Source of the DNA: a virus | Lineage: Duplodnaviria; Caudoviricetes | DNA: 64,000 nucleotides | Virus record (IMG/VR): IMGVR_UViG_3300009031_000368 | Coordinates: 128,001-192,000 of that record | Direction: 5' to 3' (one strand) | Shown: piece by piece, positions 27,890 through 36,240 of the stretch | Layout of the letters: every line of letters begins with the position of its first letter | Position numbering within the stretch: the first letter of the stretch is position 1 | Position numbers and translations under genes: made by a program | The notes under the pieces: model-generated | The model's database searches: none | Told to the model about the DNA's origin: nothing | Seen by the model: only the letters and a program-made list of their open reading frames with translations

Positions 27890-28538
27890 ACGACGATACT
27901 CCTAGAAATTTCAACAAATAAATCATGAAGTTCACCATATCGAGAAAGAGGTTGATGGCAAGCGTGGTTGCCTGTCCCCAGCCTGAAACTTGGGTATCGC
28001 GCACCATCATCATATCGACAAGAAAGAATGCAGCGAAGACAACCATTCCAACAATACTGAACAATAAATTGGCACCAGCCGAGAATGCCACGAAAAGATT
28101 GACACAGCTGACTAGGATCAGACCAAGCAATGCGATCAGTAACCAGTTTGAAACCTTCCTGTAATCGAAACTGACCAAACAGGCAATAAAGCCCATCGCA
28201 GCGAGCACAAATACTGTTGCCAGGTAGCTTGTCATCACGGTACCTGTTCCAAGCCTGTCGGCATAACTGGCAAATGAGGGACCAAGCAACAGCCCTTCCA
28301 GATATGCGAATACGCCAGATGTTGGAATACACCACATATTGTTTTCTGCAGCAAGCATATTGGTTAGAAATAATGTAGCAAACAGCATTACGACAAGCAT
28401 CACAATCCCGGCTGTTCCAATAATGGCAGCTGAACCGTATGTTGTCCAAACACCTAGCGCACAGATGGCATTCAGCATGGCCAGTACCGTCATGGTGCGA
28501 GAAAATGTCGTGCTAAAACTGTCATAGATAAAACTCAT
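27879..28538 (-). CDS. Bax inhibitor-1 / YccA family membrane protein
   Basis: about 7 TM segments; C-terminal ATTLAINLFLDMVNFMIYLL. Confidence 0.85.
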   Translation of the reverse strand: MSFIYDSFSTTFSRTMTVLAMLNAICALGVWTTYGSAAIIGTAGIVMLVVMLFATLFLTNMLAAENNMWCIPTSGVFAYLEGLLLGPSFASYADRLGTGTVMTSYLATVFVLAAMGFIACLVSFDYRKVSNWLLIALLGLILVSCVNLFVAFSAGANLLFSIVGMVVFAAFFLVDMMMVRDTQVSGWGQATTLAINLFLDMVNFMIYLLKFLGVSSFDD

Positions 28539-28548
28539 ATTTGTTTCC

Positions 28549-29292
28549 TTAAATTTCAATAGTTGCTTTAACGTTAAACTGCTTATTTTCTCCACGGTAC
28601 CCAAGCGGATTACGGACATGCCTGGTATTACCGATCACAACATCCATAGTGGAATGGCTGTGGCCGTGGATCCATACAGCCGGGCGCTTTCTAAAATCTT
28701 CGTGCAACATATCACACACGTAAAATCTGTTCAGTGGATTTCCACGAAAACAGTCATCTATCAATTGGTAGCCAGGCAAGTGATGAGTTACCATAACGTC
28801 AGCACCACAATGCCTGATGAAGTCAACAGACTTCTTGTTGGTTTCATATACCCATGGTACGAATCCTTGAATCAGTCTGAAGTCATTCATTTGAGACCGG
28901 TAACAAACGTTCAAGGGATCATCTCTGAACCACATCGTGGCACCGGCGATTGTGACGCCATCAATATCTATCGATGTGCAATCAAGTGCATGGTAGCCGG
29001 AGATTTCAGCCAATAGCACTGACATGTAATCAGCAACTACAGCTGGACTGGTTCCATAATAGGTGTGATTACCGGGTACTTCAATGACATGCTGGAATGT
29101 CTTACAAAGGATTTCGATATTCCGCCGATGAAATCCACCAACGGTGCCGTCTCGTTTAACAATTTCCGACATATCACCGGCAACAATCAATACATCGGCA
29201 GACTTGTTGCGGCAGATGGTGTTTACCCAGCTCAATCCCATGTCGGAATGAAAAAAGTCTAGGTGCAGATCACTTAGGTACTGAATTATCAC
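28549..29292 (-). CDS. calcineurin-like metallophosphoesterase
   Basis: SDLH, AGD, PGNH, VTHH, HGHSH. Confidence 0.9.
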   Translation of the reverse strand: MIIQYLSDLHLDFFHSDMGLSWVNTICRNKSADVLIVAGDMSEIVKRDGTVGGFHRRNIEILCKTFQHVIEVPGNHTYYGTSPAVVADYMSVLLAEISGYHALDCTSIDIDGVTIAGATMWFRDDPLNVCYRSQMNDFRLIQGFVPWVYETNKKSVDFIRHCGADVMVTHHLPGYQLIDDCFRGNPLNRFYVCDMLHEDFRKRPAVWIHGHSHSTMDVVIGNTRHVRNPLGYRGENKQFNVKATIEI

Positions 29293-29343
29293 GTTCTGTT
29301 TACCTGCTTCAGTATGAATCTAAAACATCTTGTCGGTTGGCCA

Positions 29344-29790
29344 TCATGCACGTCCTTTACTAAAGTCAACGAAGTAAACGTTGTCGATTATTTCGTCAAC
29401 AACCAGCTTAGTATCGGCTTTCATTTCTGGCGATTCTTTTGCCGGCCAGTTGATGATTCCTGGTTCACCGTTATTGCTATTACCATATGCGCAATTGATT
29501 GCAACAACTCGGTTCCATGGAATCCTAATTCCGTATAAAGCATCAAACGACAGCTGACACGACATTCCTTCATCATCGGCAGTAGGGCAAATGATGCTCA
29601 TAAATTGAGCCGGGAACTGCAATACCGTCAACGATTGACCATCTTCCGCCACATATGCCGGGAATCCCATTGATTTCTTTTCATCAGGTGTCCCGCCGAC
29701 AACGACATAAAAGTCAAGATCAAAGGCTACCATTATGTCAACCATCATTCGCAATGGATGCTGAAATTCATCTTTCTTGATGGCTGACAT
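29344..29790 (-). CDS. SspB-like (ClpXP adaptor) protein
   Basis: P.Y...LTVLQF, D.EG.SC.LSF, .IPW..V.AI, short C-terminal NVYFVDFSK tail. Confidence 0.55.
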   Translation of the reverse strand: MSAIKKDEFQHPLRMMVDIMVAFDLDFYVVVGGTPDEKKSMGFPAYVAEDGQSLTVLQFPAQFMSIICPTADDEGMSCQLSFDALYGIRIPWNRVVAINCAYGNSNNGEPGIINWPAKESPEMKADTKLVVDEIIDNVYFVDFSKGRA

Positions 29791-29791
29791 G

Positions 29792-29983
29792 TTATCCTCT
29801 ATCACACGTAAGAAGTTGAGCAATGAGTAAAAAGGGAGCAAACGGAATAGATACCACGATGGCAACAATGTCAAGTTTTGGACCAAATGTTGAACCATGT
29901 GACGTCATTGCCAGTTTTCCCAGAATCGCTGGGAATCCGATGATAAAAAACGGAATAGATACAATGTTACATAACAGCTTCAT
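29792..29983 (-). CDS. small two-TM protein with internal repeat
   Basis: IVSIPF / VVSIPF; 14-nt DNA repeat AACGGAATAGATAC twice. Confidence 0.55.
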   Translation of the reverse strand: MKLLCNIVSIPFFIIGFPAILGKLAMTSHGSTFGPKLDIVAIVVSIPFAPFLLIAQLLTCDRG

Positions 29984-29986
29984 CGT

Positions 29987-30487
29987 TCACCTCAACGGCA
30001 ATCCGGATGACGTATAACCTGACGACACATCGGTTACAATGTTTTTACCGCGCGCCTCACGCCGAAGTGATAGCAGCTCTGACAATTCGTCATCCGACAG
30101 ATTCCCAGCGGATCGGCCCGACAACAAGTCAAGACGATTCGACATTGCATTGGATGTGAATCTCGTCATATACTGGTCTGCCTCATGACAAGACAATACA
30201 GCCCTTGCGGGGAGAAAAACGACATCTGTACTGTCATTGCAAGATATCACGTTAACAGCAAATTCATCAAGCCTATCGATAAATTCATCATGGCCGTTCC
30301 ACTCTTTTTCATAATCTTCTCGATATCTGATGATATCGGCCAGCATTACAATATCGATTATATGACAGCTATTCCAGACACGCTTGGCGGTGTCGTCGTA
30401 TCCGGCCATCTCTTCAACAATATCATCAACCCTGGTTTCAATTTCCAGCAATGACTCTAAAAACGTTTTAAACGATGTTACGTCCAC
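29987..30487 (-). CDS. hypothetical acidic protein
   Basis: GGGAG RBS before GTG. Confidence 0.6.
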   Translation of the reverse strand: MDVTSFKTFLESLLEIETRVDDIVEEMAGYDDTAKRVWNSCHIIDIVMLADIIRYREDYEKEWNGHDEFIDRLDEFAVNVISCNDSTDVVFLPARAVLSCHEADQYMTRFTSNAMSNRLDLLSGRSAGNLSDDELSELLSLRREARGKNIVTDVSSGYTSSGLPLR

Positions 30488-30551
30488 GCTATGCTCCCTG
30501 AATCAATGTATGGCTATATTGTCACAAACGTCGAATTTGTCAACGACATTT

Positions 30552-30908
30552 TTAGATTGACGTGTTGTTCCCGCCCGTCATTGCTGCGACGTCGCGTTCC
30601 CGTTTACGCATTTCTACACTTTTACGCAGGATAGAATCCAGTATTCCCATGTGCTCATCAAGAAAGCCTTCCGGCCAATCCTTGACTGCACCATAGCGGT
30701 TGACGACCACCTGTTCGCCGTTAAATTCAAATCGGACATCATCGGCATCAAGTCGTCCTTCAACGATCATGAGCCGAAGCGCATCAAATGTCGCCGGTTC
30801 ATTAACGGATAAGCAGGTATTGTGACGCCCTACTCCTTCATAGAAGGCAAGTATCTTTTCAGCCTTTTCGCGAGCTGACTCCGGGTTATCGATGACAACA
30901 GTTAACAT
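30552..30908 (-). CDS. DUF3696-like stand-alone protein (paralog of 50743-51030)
   Basis: ALRLMIVEG...FEFNGE...G...WPEGFLD. Confidence 0.5.
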   Translation of the reverse strand: MLTVVIDNPESAREKAEKILAFYEGVGRHNTCLSVNEPATFDALRLMIVEGRLDADDVRFEFNGEQVVVNRYGAVKDWPEGFLDEHMGILDSILRKSVEMRKRERDVAAMTGGNNTSI

Positions 30909-30916
30909 GATGTTAC

Positions 30917-32305
30917 TTACTCCTTCTGTTCAATTAGGCTTCTGGCGAACATCAATGCGCCATCAAGGTCATCGAAACATCCATCCAGCTGCGCTTCAAA
31001 CGCGGCTCTGGTGATTTCTCCAATCGTTTTACCTGGCGTCAGTCCAAGTTCGAGCAGATGCCGGCCAAACAGAATTGGTTTTACGGATCCATTATCAGAC
31101 CTGGTTTCGCGCGACAATTCCAGCATCGTTTGTGCCGATTCCGGCAACCCTTTCGGCAACGGTGGACGTCCGCTGGCGTCAGCTTCAATCAACAGGCACA
31201 ATTCACGGATTGTTGCCTTCCCGAGCCTAACGGCAAGCCGACGAACCGCCTTAGCGGATTGACAGCTACCATGAGCCAGATGATTTGTTACAAGCGGGAT
31301 GATGCGATCCAACAATGCACCGTTATGTCGTTCATCGATGCCGATCCCTGATAAAAACTTTATCGCTGGAACTTTACCCGCCTTTTCATGACCGAGCGAT
31401 CGGATTCGTCCATCGATCACTTCGGTTGTAAACGGCTTCGCCATATCGTGGCACAACGCGGCCAACATCAATACCGCTCTATCGTCATCGACAATTGATT
31501 CCCTGTCGCAGATCTCTGACATGCAGTCTACAACGTGGTATGTGTGTTGGAAGCAATCGACCTCTGGATGCCATACCGGATCTTGTTCAACGCCATACAT
31601 GGCGAACAATTCAGGATACAATTCAATCCAACCGGTATCGCACAAGAACATCAATCCCATCGATGGAACGGTTGACTTCGTCGCCCACTTATACCACTCA
31701 CCAAAGATGCGTTCTTTTGATAACGTGCCGTATTCATCGCGCAATCGATTGCACAATGTTGCCGTGTGGACGTCCACCGTCATGTTAAAGCGTCCAGCGA
31801 ACTGCATCCCCCGCAATACGCGCAACGGGTCTTCGGCAAATCGCTCTGATGTATGCTTTAGAACGCCAAGCCTAAAATGTGAATCGCCACCAAATAGATC
31901 GATAAATTCCGATGATGCGAAACTATACATCTGTGCATTGCACGTATAATCGCGCAGGGAGCATGCTTGATTGATCGTCATATGCGGATCCGGCTCGGGA
32001 ATGAAGCCCTTATGGCCGGAACCATTTTTACTCTCACGGCTCGGAATGCTGAAGTCAAAATCATACCCGTCAACAGAAATCTTTATCACTCCAAAAGTCG
32101 CGCCAACAACGTCCGGAGATCCAAAGCCTGAAAGCACGTCAACAATCTGTTGTGCCGGTAGTCCATAGACTTCAACGTCCAGATCCTTTGGCGTGTTGCC
32201 GCTGCGCAAATCGCGGACACCGCCACCGACCAGATAGCAATTCCCGCCAACGTCGTGTAATGCGGCGACTATGCGTAGAAGCACGTTTGGAAATAGATCT
32301 AACAT
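30917..32305 (-). CDS. cca: CCA-adding enzyme / tRNA nucleotidyltransferase with HD domain
   Basis: YLVGGGVRD, DLDVEV, RDYTCNA, EDPLRVLR, ERIF.E, WHPE...HT, ALCHDMAK, GHE. Confidence 0.9.
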   Translation of the reverse strand: MLDLFPNVLLRIVAALHDVGGNCYLVGGGVRDLRSGNTPKDLDVEVYGLPAQQIVDVLSGFGSPDVVGATFGVIKISVDGYDFDFSIPSRESKNGSGHKGFIPEPDPHMTINQACSLRDYTCNAQMYSFASSEFIDLFGGDSHFRLGVLKHTSERFAEDPLRVLRGMQFAGRFNMTVDVHTATLCNRLRDEYGTLSKERIFGEWYKWATKSTVPSMGLMFLCDTGWIELYPELFAMYGVEQDPVWHPEVDCFQHTYHVVDCMSEICDRESIVDDDRAVLMLAALCHDMAKPFTTEVIDGRIRSLGHEKAGKVPAIKFLSGIGIDERHNGALLDRIIPLVTNHLAHGSCQSAKAVRRLAVRLGKATIRELCLLIEADASGRPPLPKGLPESAQTMLELSRETRSDNGSVKPILFGRHLLELGLTPGKTIGEITRAAFEAQLDGCFDDLDGALMFARSLIEQKE

Positions 32306-32321
32306 ACATCACCCGATCAAT

Positions 32322-32621
32322 TCAATGACGAAAAAGCTTGGAATCGTCGTACATGCGTGCCAGAAGTCGCAGATCGCCAAACAGCGCTACATCCACTTCT
32401 GTCCATCCGGCATCCAGCAGCGCTTCGCTGACGTCACGTTTAACACGGCCCGGTTCCGTGCGGCATGCATTGAACGGCAACGCTGAATGAAAGATAACCA
32501 GTTCTTGACGATCTTTTGACGTCTGAACCAGAAACGAACCACACGAGCGCGTCGACGTTCCAGACGCCATGACCTTAATGTTCTTATTTCTGGCCGAAGA
32601 ATGCTCGGAATATTCGTACAT
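32322..32621 (-). CDS. hypothetical protein
   Basis: GGAGG RBS, behind promoter. Confidence 0.6.
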   Translation of the reverse strand: MYEYSEHSSARNKNIKVMASGTSTRSCGSFLVQTSKDRQELVIFHSALPFNACRTEPGRVKRDVSEALLDAGWTEVDVALFGDLRLLARMYDDSKLFRH

Positions 32622-32651
32622 TGTTGCCTCCAAGGTTTGAATCATGATGGC

Positions 32652-32690
32652 AATATATCATATCGGCTAAAGATTGTCAAGAGAAATTTT
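32652..32690 (-). promoter_or_regulatory. strong early-type promoter
   Basis: AAAATTTCTC-TTGACA-N17-TATATT. Confidence 0.8.
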
Positions 32691-33110
32691 AGAAATTCCG
32701 CGTTCAGTCAATCTCTGCGAAAGAACGGTTTGAATCCAGTAAAGCTCATCTGAGCCATAATAGGACGTTGCGATGAATCGATCTTCAACACCGGCCTGAC
32801 GCAGAACCCCCATATCTGTCTCATTGCAACCATCCTCAACCCAATAGAAATCTGAGCCGGTATCAATCGCGGCAGCTTTTCCGTATGGATGATTCACGTA
32901 TTCAAAACGGTCCATCCACCGATTCATATATTGCGCCTTCAACACGCATTCCATATGTTCGGCAGAACATGCCGTTAGCCATTTTACCTGAAAATTACAA
33001 AGACAGAATAGTAGGAAGCTCCTAACGCCTGGCCGCATCTGACATCCGCCAGAGTCGTCATAACATCCATACGGCACGCCGTCAACATCAAGGTACAGGA
33101 CAGGCTTCAT
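32667..33110 (-). CDS. HAD-superfamily phosphatase (Swiss-army-knife RNA-repair-like HAD)
   Basis: VLYLDVDGV, KWLTA, FYWVEDG. Confidence 0.75.
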   Translation of the reverse strand: MKPVLYLDVDGVPYGCYDDSGGCQMRPGVRSFLLFCLCNFQVKWLTACSAEHMECVLKAQYMNRWMDRFEYVNHPYGKAAAIDTGSDFYWVEDGCNETDMGVLRQAGVEDRFIATSYYGSDELYWIQTVLSQRLTERGISKISLDNL

Positions 33111-33216
33111 TTCCGTGTCTCCATCTATGCCATGATGACATAATATGGGAAATGTCAATCGAATATTTGGAAATGTTTTCGACAGTGATTGCTTGAATGG
33201 CTATCTGGTACAATCC

Positions 33217-33594
33217 TCACATCAAGCATTTATTTCCTTTTTTGGCATTGCACGGACGACACATCGTTTGATAATTGGCTATATCGTCCTTTCCGCCCTT
33301 GGATTTTGGTACAATATGGTCGACGGTCATCAATACACCGTTACAGTCATACAGATTGAAATGCGCTTTAGTTGAATCGGCATTACACCAATCCTTTTGC
33401 AACCTCATCACGATGCCGGTTCTACCGCAAGCGACACATGTCCGATTCCTATCGAATAGATCGTATCTATGCGACGATGTGCCTACCTGGTGCCCTTCAA
33501 TGGTAATACATTCCAATCCGTTCTGTCTTGCGGCGTCAAGACAAGATAATGCTTCAACTGGGTCGCATTCGTAAATGGTAATGTACTTTGACAT
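33217..33594 (-). CDS. HNH endonuclease
   Basis: CVACG...TVDHIVPKSKGG...NYQTMCRPCNAKKG. Confidence 0.9.
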   Translation of the reverse strand: MSKYITIYECDPVEALSCLDAARQNGLECITIEGHQVGTSSHRYDLFDRNRTCVACGRTGIVMRLQKDWCNADSTKAHFNLYDCNGVLMTVDHIVPKSKGGKDDIANYQTMCRPCNAKKGNKCLM

Positions 33595-33597
33595 TGG

Positions 33598-34062
33598 TCA
33601 TCCATAAACCTTTTCAGCACAGATCGGCCCGATTCCGAGCTCAATAGATTCAGGCTCCGTCAACGTCCTGCCGCAAACCGAACAATGGCCATTGTGCATG
33701 ATACGGAAGGCAAACTTCTCGTTCTTGTTCCACATCTGGGCAAGAGCCCAATTGGCTACCGCGAACGGTCGAGACATCACACCGGCTTTTGACCGGTAAC
33801 TGGCTGGCGTTTTTACGGTTTCAACCACATTACCAGTTTTGACATCCAACCTGCCCATATAGGTATAGGACGATTCATTATCCGGGCCGGTCAACAGATA
33901 GACCAAAAACTGATCAAACTTGCGTTCCTTGACCAGCTGTTTCCGCGCGGCTTCATCCTTACTGAACACCACACCCTTGACTTTATACGTATAGTGTCCG
34001 CCATCTTGACGAACTACCGTAAAAACAGCCTTGCCGCCCATGACGTAATTACGATCCAGCAT
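33598..34062 (-). CDS. DUF6011-domain protein
   Basis: C-terminal CSVCGRTLTEPESIELGIGPICA. Confidence 0.8.
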   Translation of the reverse strand: MLDRNYVMGGKAVFTVVRQDGGHYTYKVKGVVFSKDEAARKQLVKERKFDQFLVYLLTGPDNESSYTYMGRLDVKTGNVVETVKTPASYRSKAGVMSRPFAVANWALAQMWNKNEKFAFRIMHNGHCSVCGRTLTEPESIELGIGPICAEKVYG

Positions 34063-34095
34063 GATGTGTGCCTCCTCAATGTTTAAACTAAATAC

Positions 34096-34134
34096 AGGAT
34101 AGCACGCTTGTTTGATTTTGTCAAGAGAAAATTT
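34096..34134 (-). promoter_or_regulatory. strong early-type promoter
   Basis: AAATTTTCTC-TTGACA-N17-TATCCT. Confidence 0.8.
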
Positions 34135-34219
34135 AGATTATTTCGGTGGGACAAGCTGGAACAGATCATAGCCGGATTTAGTGCCGACCGTGAGATTCCA
34201 TCGAATGGTGCGGACTCGA

Positions 34220-34516
34220 TTAATGGACATGGTCCATAATGATTACCTTTGGCTCCATGCCGAATTTAGACTTAAACCTGGCAGAAAGCGCCAATATGCG
34301 ATGTGCGACATCCACAATATCACATTCATCGTAACAATCGGTACTCTGCACCATATAACCTATGAAGTGTTCAGACTGTCCGGCCCAGCAGTTTTGAAAC
34401 ATTTCAATCATATCTTTGTCGTCGTAAAATAGCTCAGCAATATTGTCGATAATATCGCTCGAAAAACTCTTGACGTTTAAGCCTACAAGAACTGTTGCCG
34501 TATGATTAACGCTCAT
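34220..34516 (-). CDS. hypothetical protein
   Basis: 98-aa ORF, ATGA-coupled. Confidence 0.6.
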   Translation of the reverse strand: MSVNHTATVLVGLNVKSFSSDIIDNIAELFYDDKDMIEMFQNCWAGQSEHFIGYMVQSTDCYDECDIVDVAHRILALSARFKSKFGMEPKVIIMDHVH

Positions 34517-34722
34517 AGTCGGATTGGTTCTCCCACAATTGAGTTATCACGGGTATCTTTCACATATACGATTCCGTGACGATTCATTTTCTTTAACACT
34601 TCCGCTTGTCCGGCCGCCAATGTTTGCGCAAGCCGGACGTCGTTCCGTTGGCCAAGGAATTCATCATCCTTTCCAGCTGTCCGAAAGAATACCTGATACC
34701 TCAATGTGAGTAACTTTTTCAT
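34513..34722 (-). CDS. hypothetical protein
   Basis: 69-aa ORF, AGGAG RBS. Confidence 0.6.
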   Translation of the reverse strand: MKKLLTLRYQVFFRTAGKDDEFLGQRNDVRLAQTLAAGQAEVLKKMNRHGIVYVKDTRDNSIVGEPIRL

Positions 34723-34730
34723 AAACTCTC

Positions 34731-35012
34731 CTAAAACCCGAAATCAGGTTCCGTCTTTTTGACCGATTGCTGCTTTGCTGGAGGTTTAACGCCTGCAATT
34801 GATTGCACGGCTTTTTCTCGTGCGGCATGAAGTGAATCTATGGCGTCACTGTTTTTATTGCGCAATGCTTTCAACTTGCTACAAAATGGCAATGTCAGCG
34901 TACCGAACTGTTCATACAGCGCGTTACAGCGTAAGACGAACGTGCGATCAACATCCTTCAATTTTATGGATCGTAAATCCTTAAGCGTTTGATGAATTTC
35001 GATATTATCCAT
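34731..35012 (-). CDS. hypothetical protein
   Basis: 93-aa ORF. Confidence 0.6.
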   Translation of the reverse strand: MDNIEIHQTLKDLRSIKLKDVDRTFVLRCNALYEQFGTLTLPFCSKLKALRNKNSDAIDSLHAAREKAVQSIAGVKPPAKQQSVKKTEPDFGF

Positions 35013-35038
35013 TTAAGCCATGCCGGTAGATTTTGACT

Positions 35039-35067
35039 AGTATATCATCTGTTGGATAACATGTCAA
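35039..35067 (-). promoter_or_regulatory. sigma70-type promoter
   Basis: TTGACA-N17-TATACT. Confidence 0.7.
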
Positions 35068-35792
35068 GCGTAATCCGACAACCCGCTCAGCAGGTATGGC
35101 TTAAACTTGTTATCGATCTGATTTATCGTCTGGCGCTTTACGCCAAATGATCGTGCCAGCTCTGCCCCAGTCATTTTGTCTCGACCAACACCGTACAACC
35201 CGCAAATGATTGCGATATCACGATCACTAGCCCTTCTTCGTTCAAGAATTCGATGAATCCTATCTTCGATCTCGGAATAAATCAATAGTTGTTCTGGATT
35301 GTTTTGAGCCGTAACAGATGGCCCTGAAATGACGTCATGGTATGATGTGTCATCTTCACCGATCGGTGAATCCAAATGGACCGTATGCCCCGCTCGAGCC
35401 CGAAGAACACACTTAATATTTTCCTCTGAAGTTTTCAGTTTGTATCGCTGATCCAGATCTTGTTTGAAAAGAGCTACGTTTTCATCAGTAAGTTTGATAC
35501 CTAACCGACGTTCAGCCGTTTTGATCCGGTTGCTTACCGTATGGCCGGCTGAGCCGATCGGCTTTGTCTTTAAAGAACAATGTCGCTGCATCTTCCACCT
35601 GGCTGCATTTCCAACAAACGTGGAAACCTCAATGCCATCACATGGATTATACTTAGGCCATTGTTCGACGACACCCAGGCATCCTGCCTGAACAAGATCG
35701 TCAAGATCTTCTGCCTTTCGCGTGTACCCGGACGCAATCATCCGGATCAACTTGATATTCCTATCAATCGCTTCATCGACTGTGATGCTCAT
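35064..35792 (-). CDS. RNA polymerase sigma70-family sigma factor
   Basis: region 2 NIKLIRMIA...DLVQAG.LG...YNP...STF; HLDSPIG; region 4 T..ELA..FGV.RQ.I.QI. Confidence 0.88.
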   Translation of the reverse strand: MSITVDEAIDRNIKLIRMIASGYTRKAEDLDDLVQAGCLGVVEQWPKYNPCDGIEVSTFVGNAARWKMQRHCSLKTKPIGSAGHTVSNRIKTAERRLGIKLTDENVALFKQDLDQRYKLKTSEENIKCVLRARAGHTVHLDSPIGEDDTSYHDVISGPSVTAQNNPEQLLIYSEIEDRIHRILERRRASDRDIAIICGLYGVGRDKMTGAELARSFGVKRQTINQIDNKFKPYLLSGLSDYA

Positions 35793-35842
35793 AGGCTGTC
35801 ATCCTTATGCTTGGTAGGGTACAGTTACAATGGATGTCAGCC

Positions 35843-35871
35843 AAATTATCACAACGATTCAAATTAGTCAA
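35843..35871 (-). promoter_or_regulatory. sigma70-type promoter upstream of sigma gene
   Basis: TTGACT-N17-TAATTT. Confidence 0.55.
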
Positions 35872-35930
35872 CGAATGTTTTGAAGAAAATTTGTCGGCAC
35901 GTCTAGAATGTTGATTTTGCCGAAATATGC

Positions 35931-36032
35931 TTAAAAATTAAGTATATATATCAATGGGGCAGCACAGGAAAGCGCTATCAGCCAGCCGACGATGCTATCG
36001 ATTCTCATTACTTTTTGGTCAACTGTCATCAT
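35931..36032 (-). CDS. 33-aa hydrophobic peptide
   Basis: GGGAG RBS; MMTVDQKVMRIDSIVGWLIALSCAAPLIYILNF. Confidence 0.5.
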   Translation of the reverse strand: MMTVDQKVMRIDSIVGWLIALSCAAPLIYILNF

Positions 36033-36181
36033 GAAATTCTCCCTTTGTTTGAGTTACCGCTCATGACATGCAATATCTGTGCCACGCACAAATGTCAATA
36101 ACGTCTGCTTTGTGGCGGTGTGGTTGTTTAATTTTGAAACAGCTGTTTCATTTTGATTATCAAATTTTAACAATTACCTGA

Positions 36182-36210
36182 TTGCGTGGATGTGATTGTG
36201 GTGTTATAAT
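36182..36210 (+). promoter_or_regulatory. sigma70-type promoter for thyX
   Basis: TTGCGT-N17-TATAAT. Confidence 0.65.
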
Positions 36211-36240
36211 TCCATTTTAACTTCAGCAGAAGGAAACGGT

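Noticed and set aside
33217-33594. HNH as an intron/intein-associated homing element
   Set aside because: Free-standing ORF; no split host gene or group I intron features around it.
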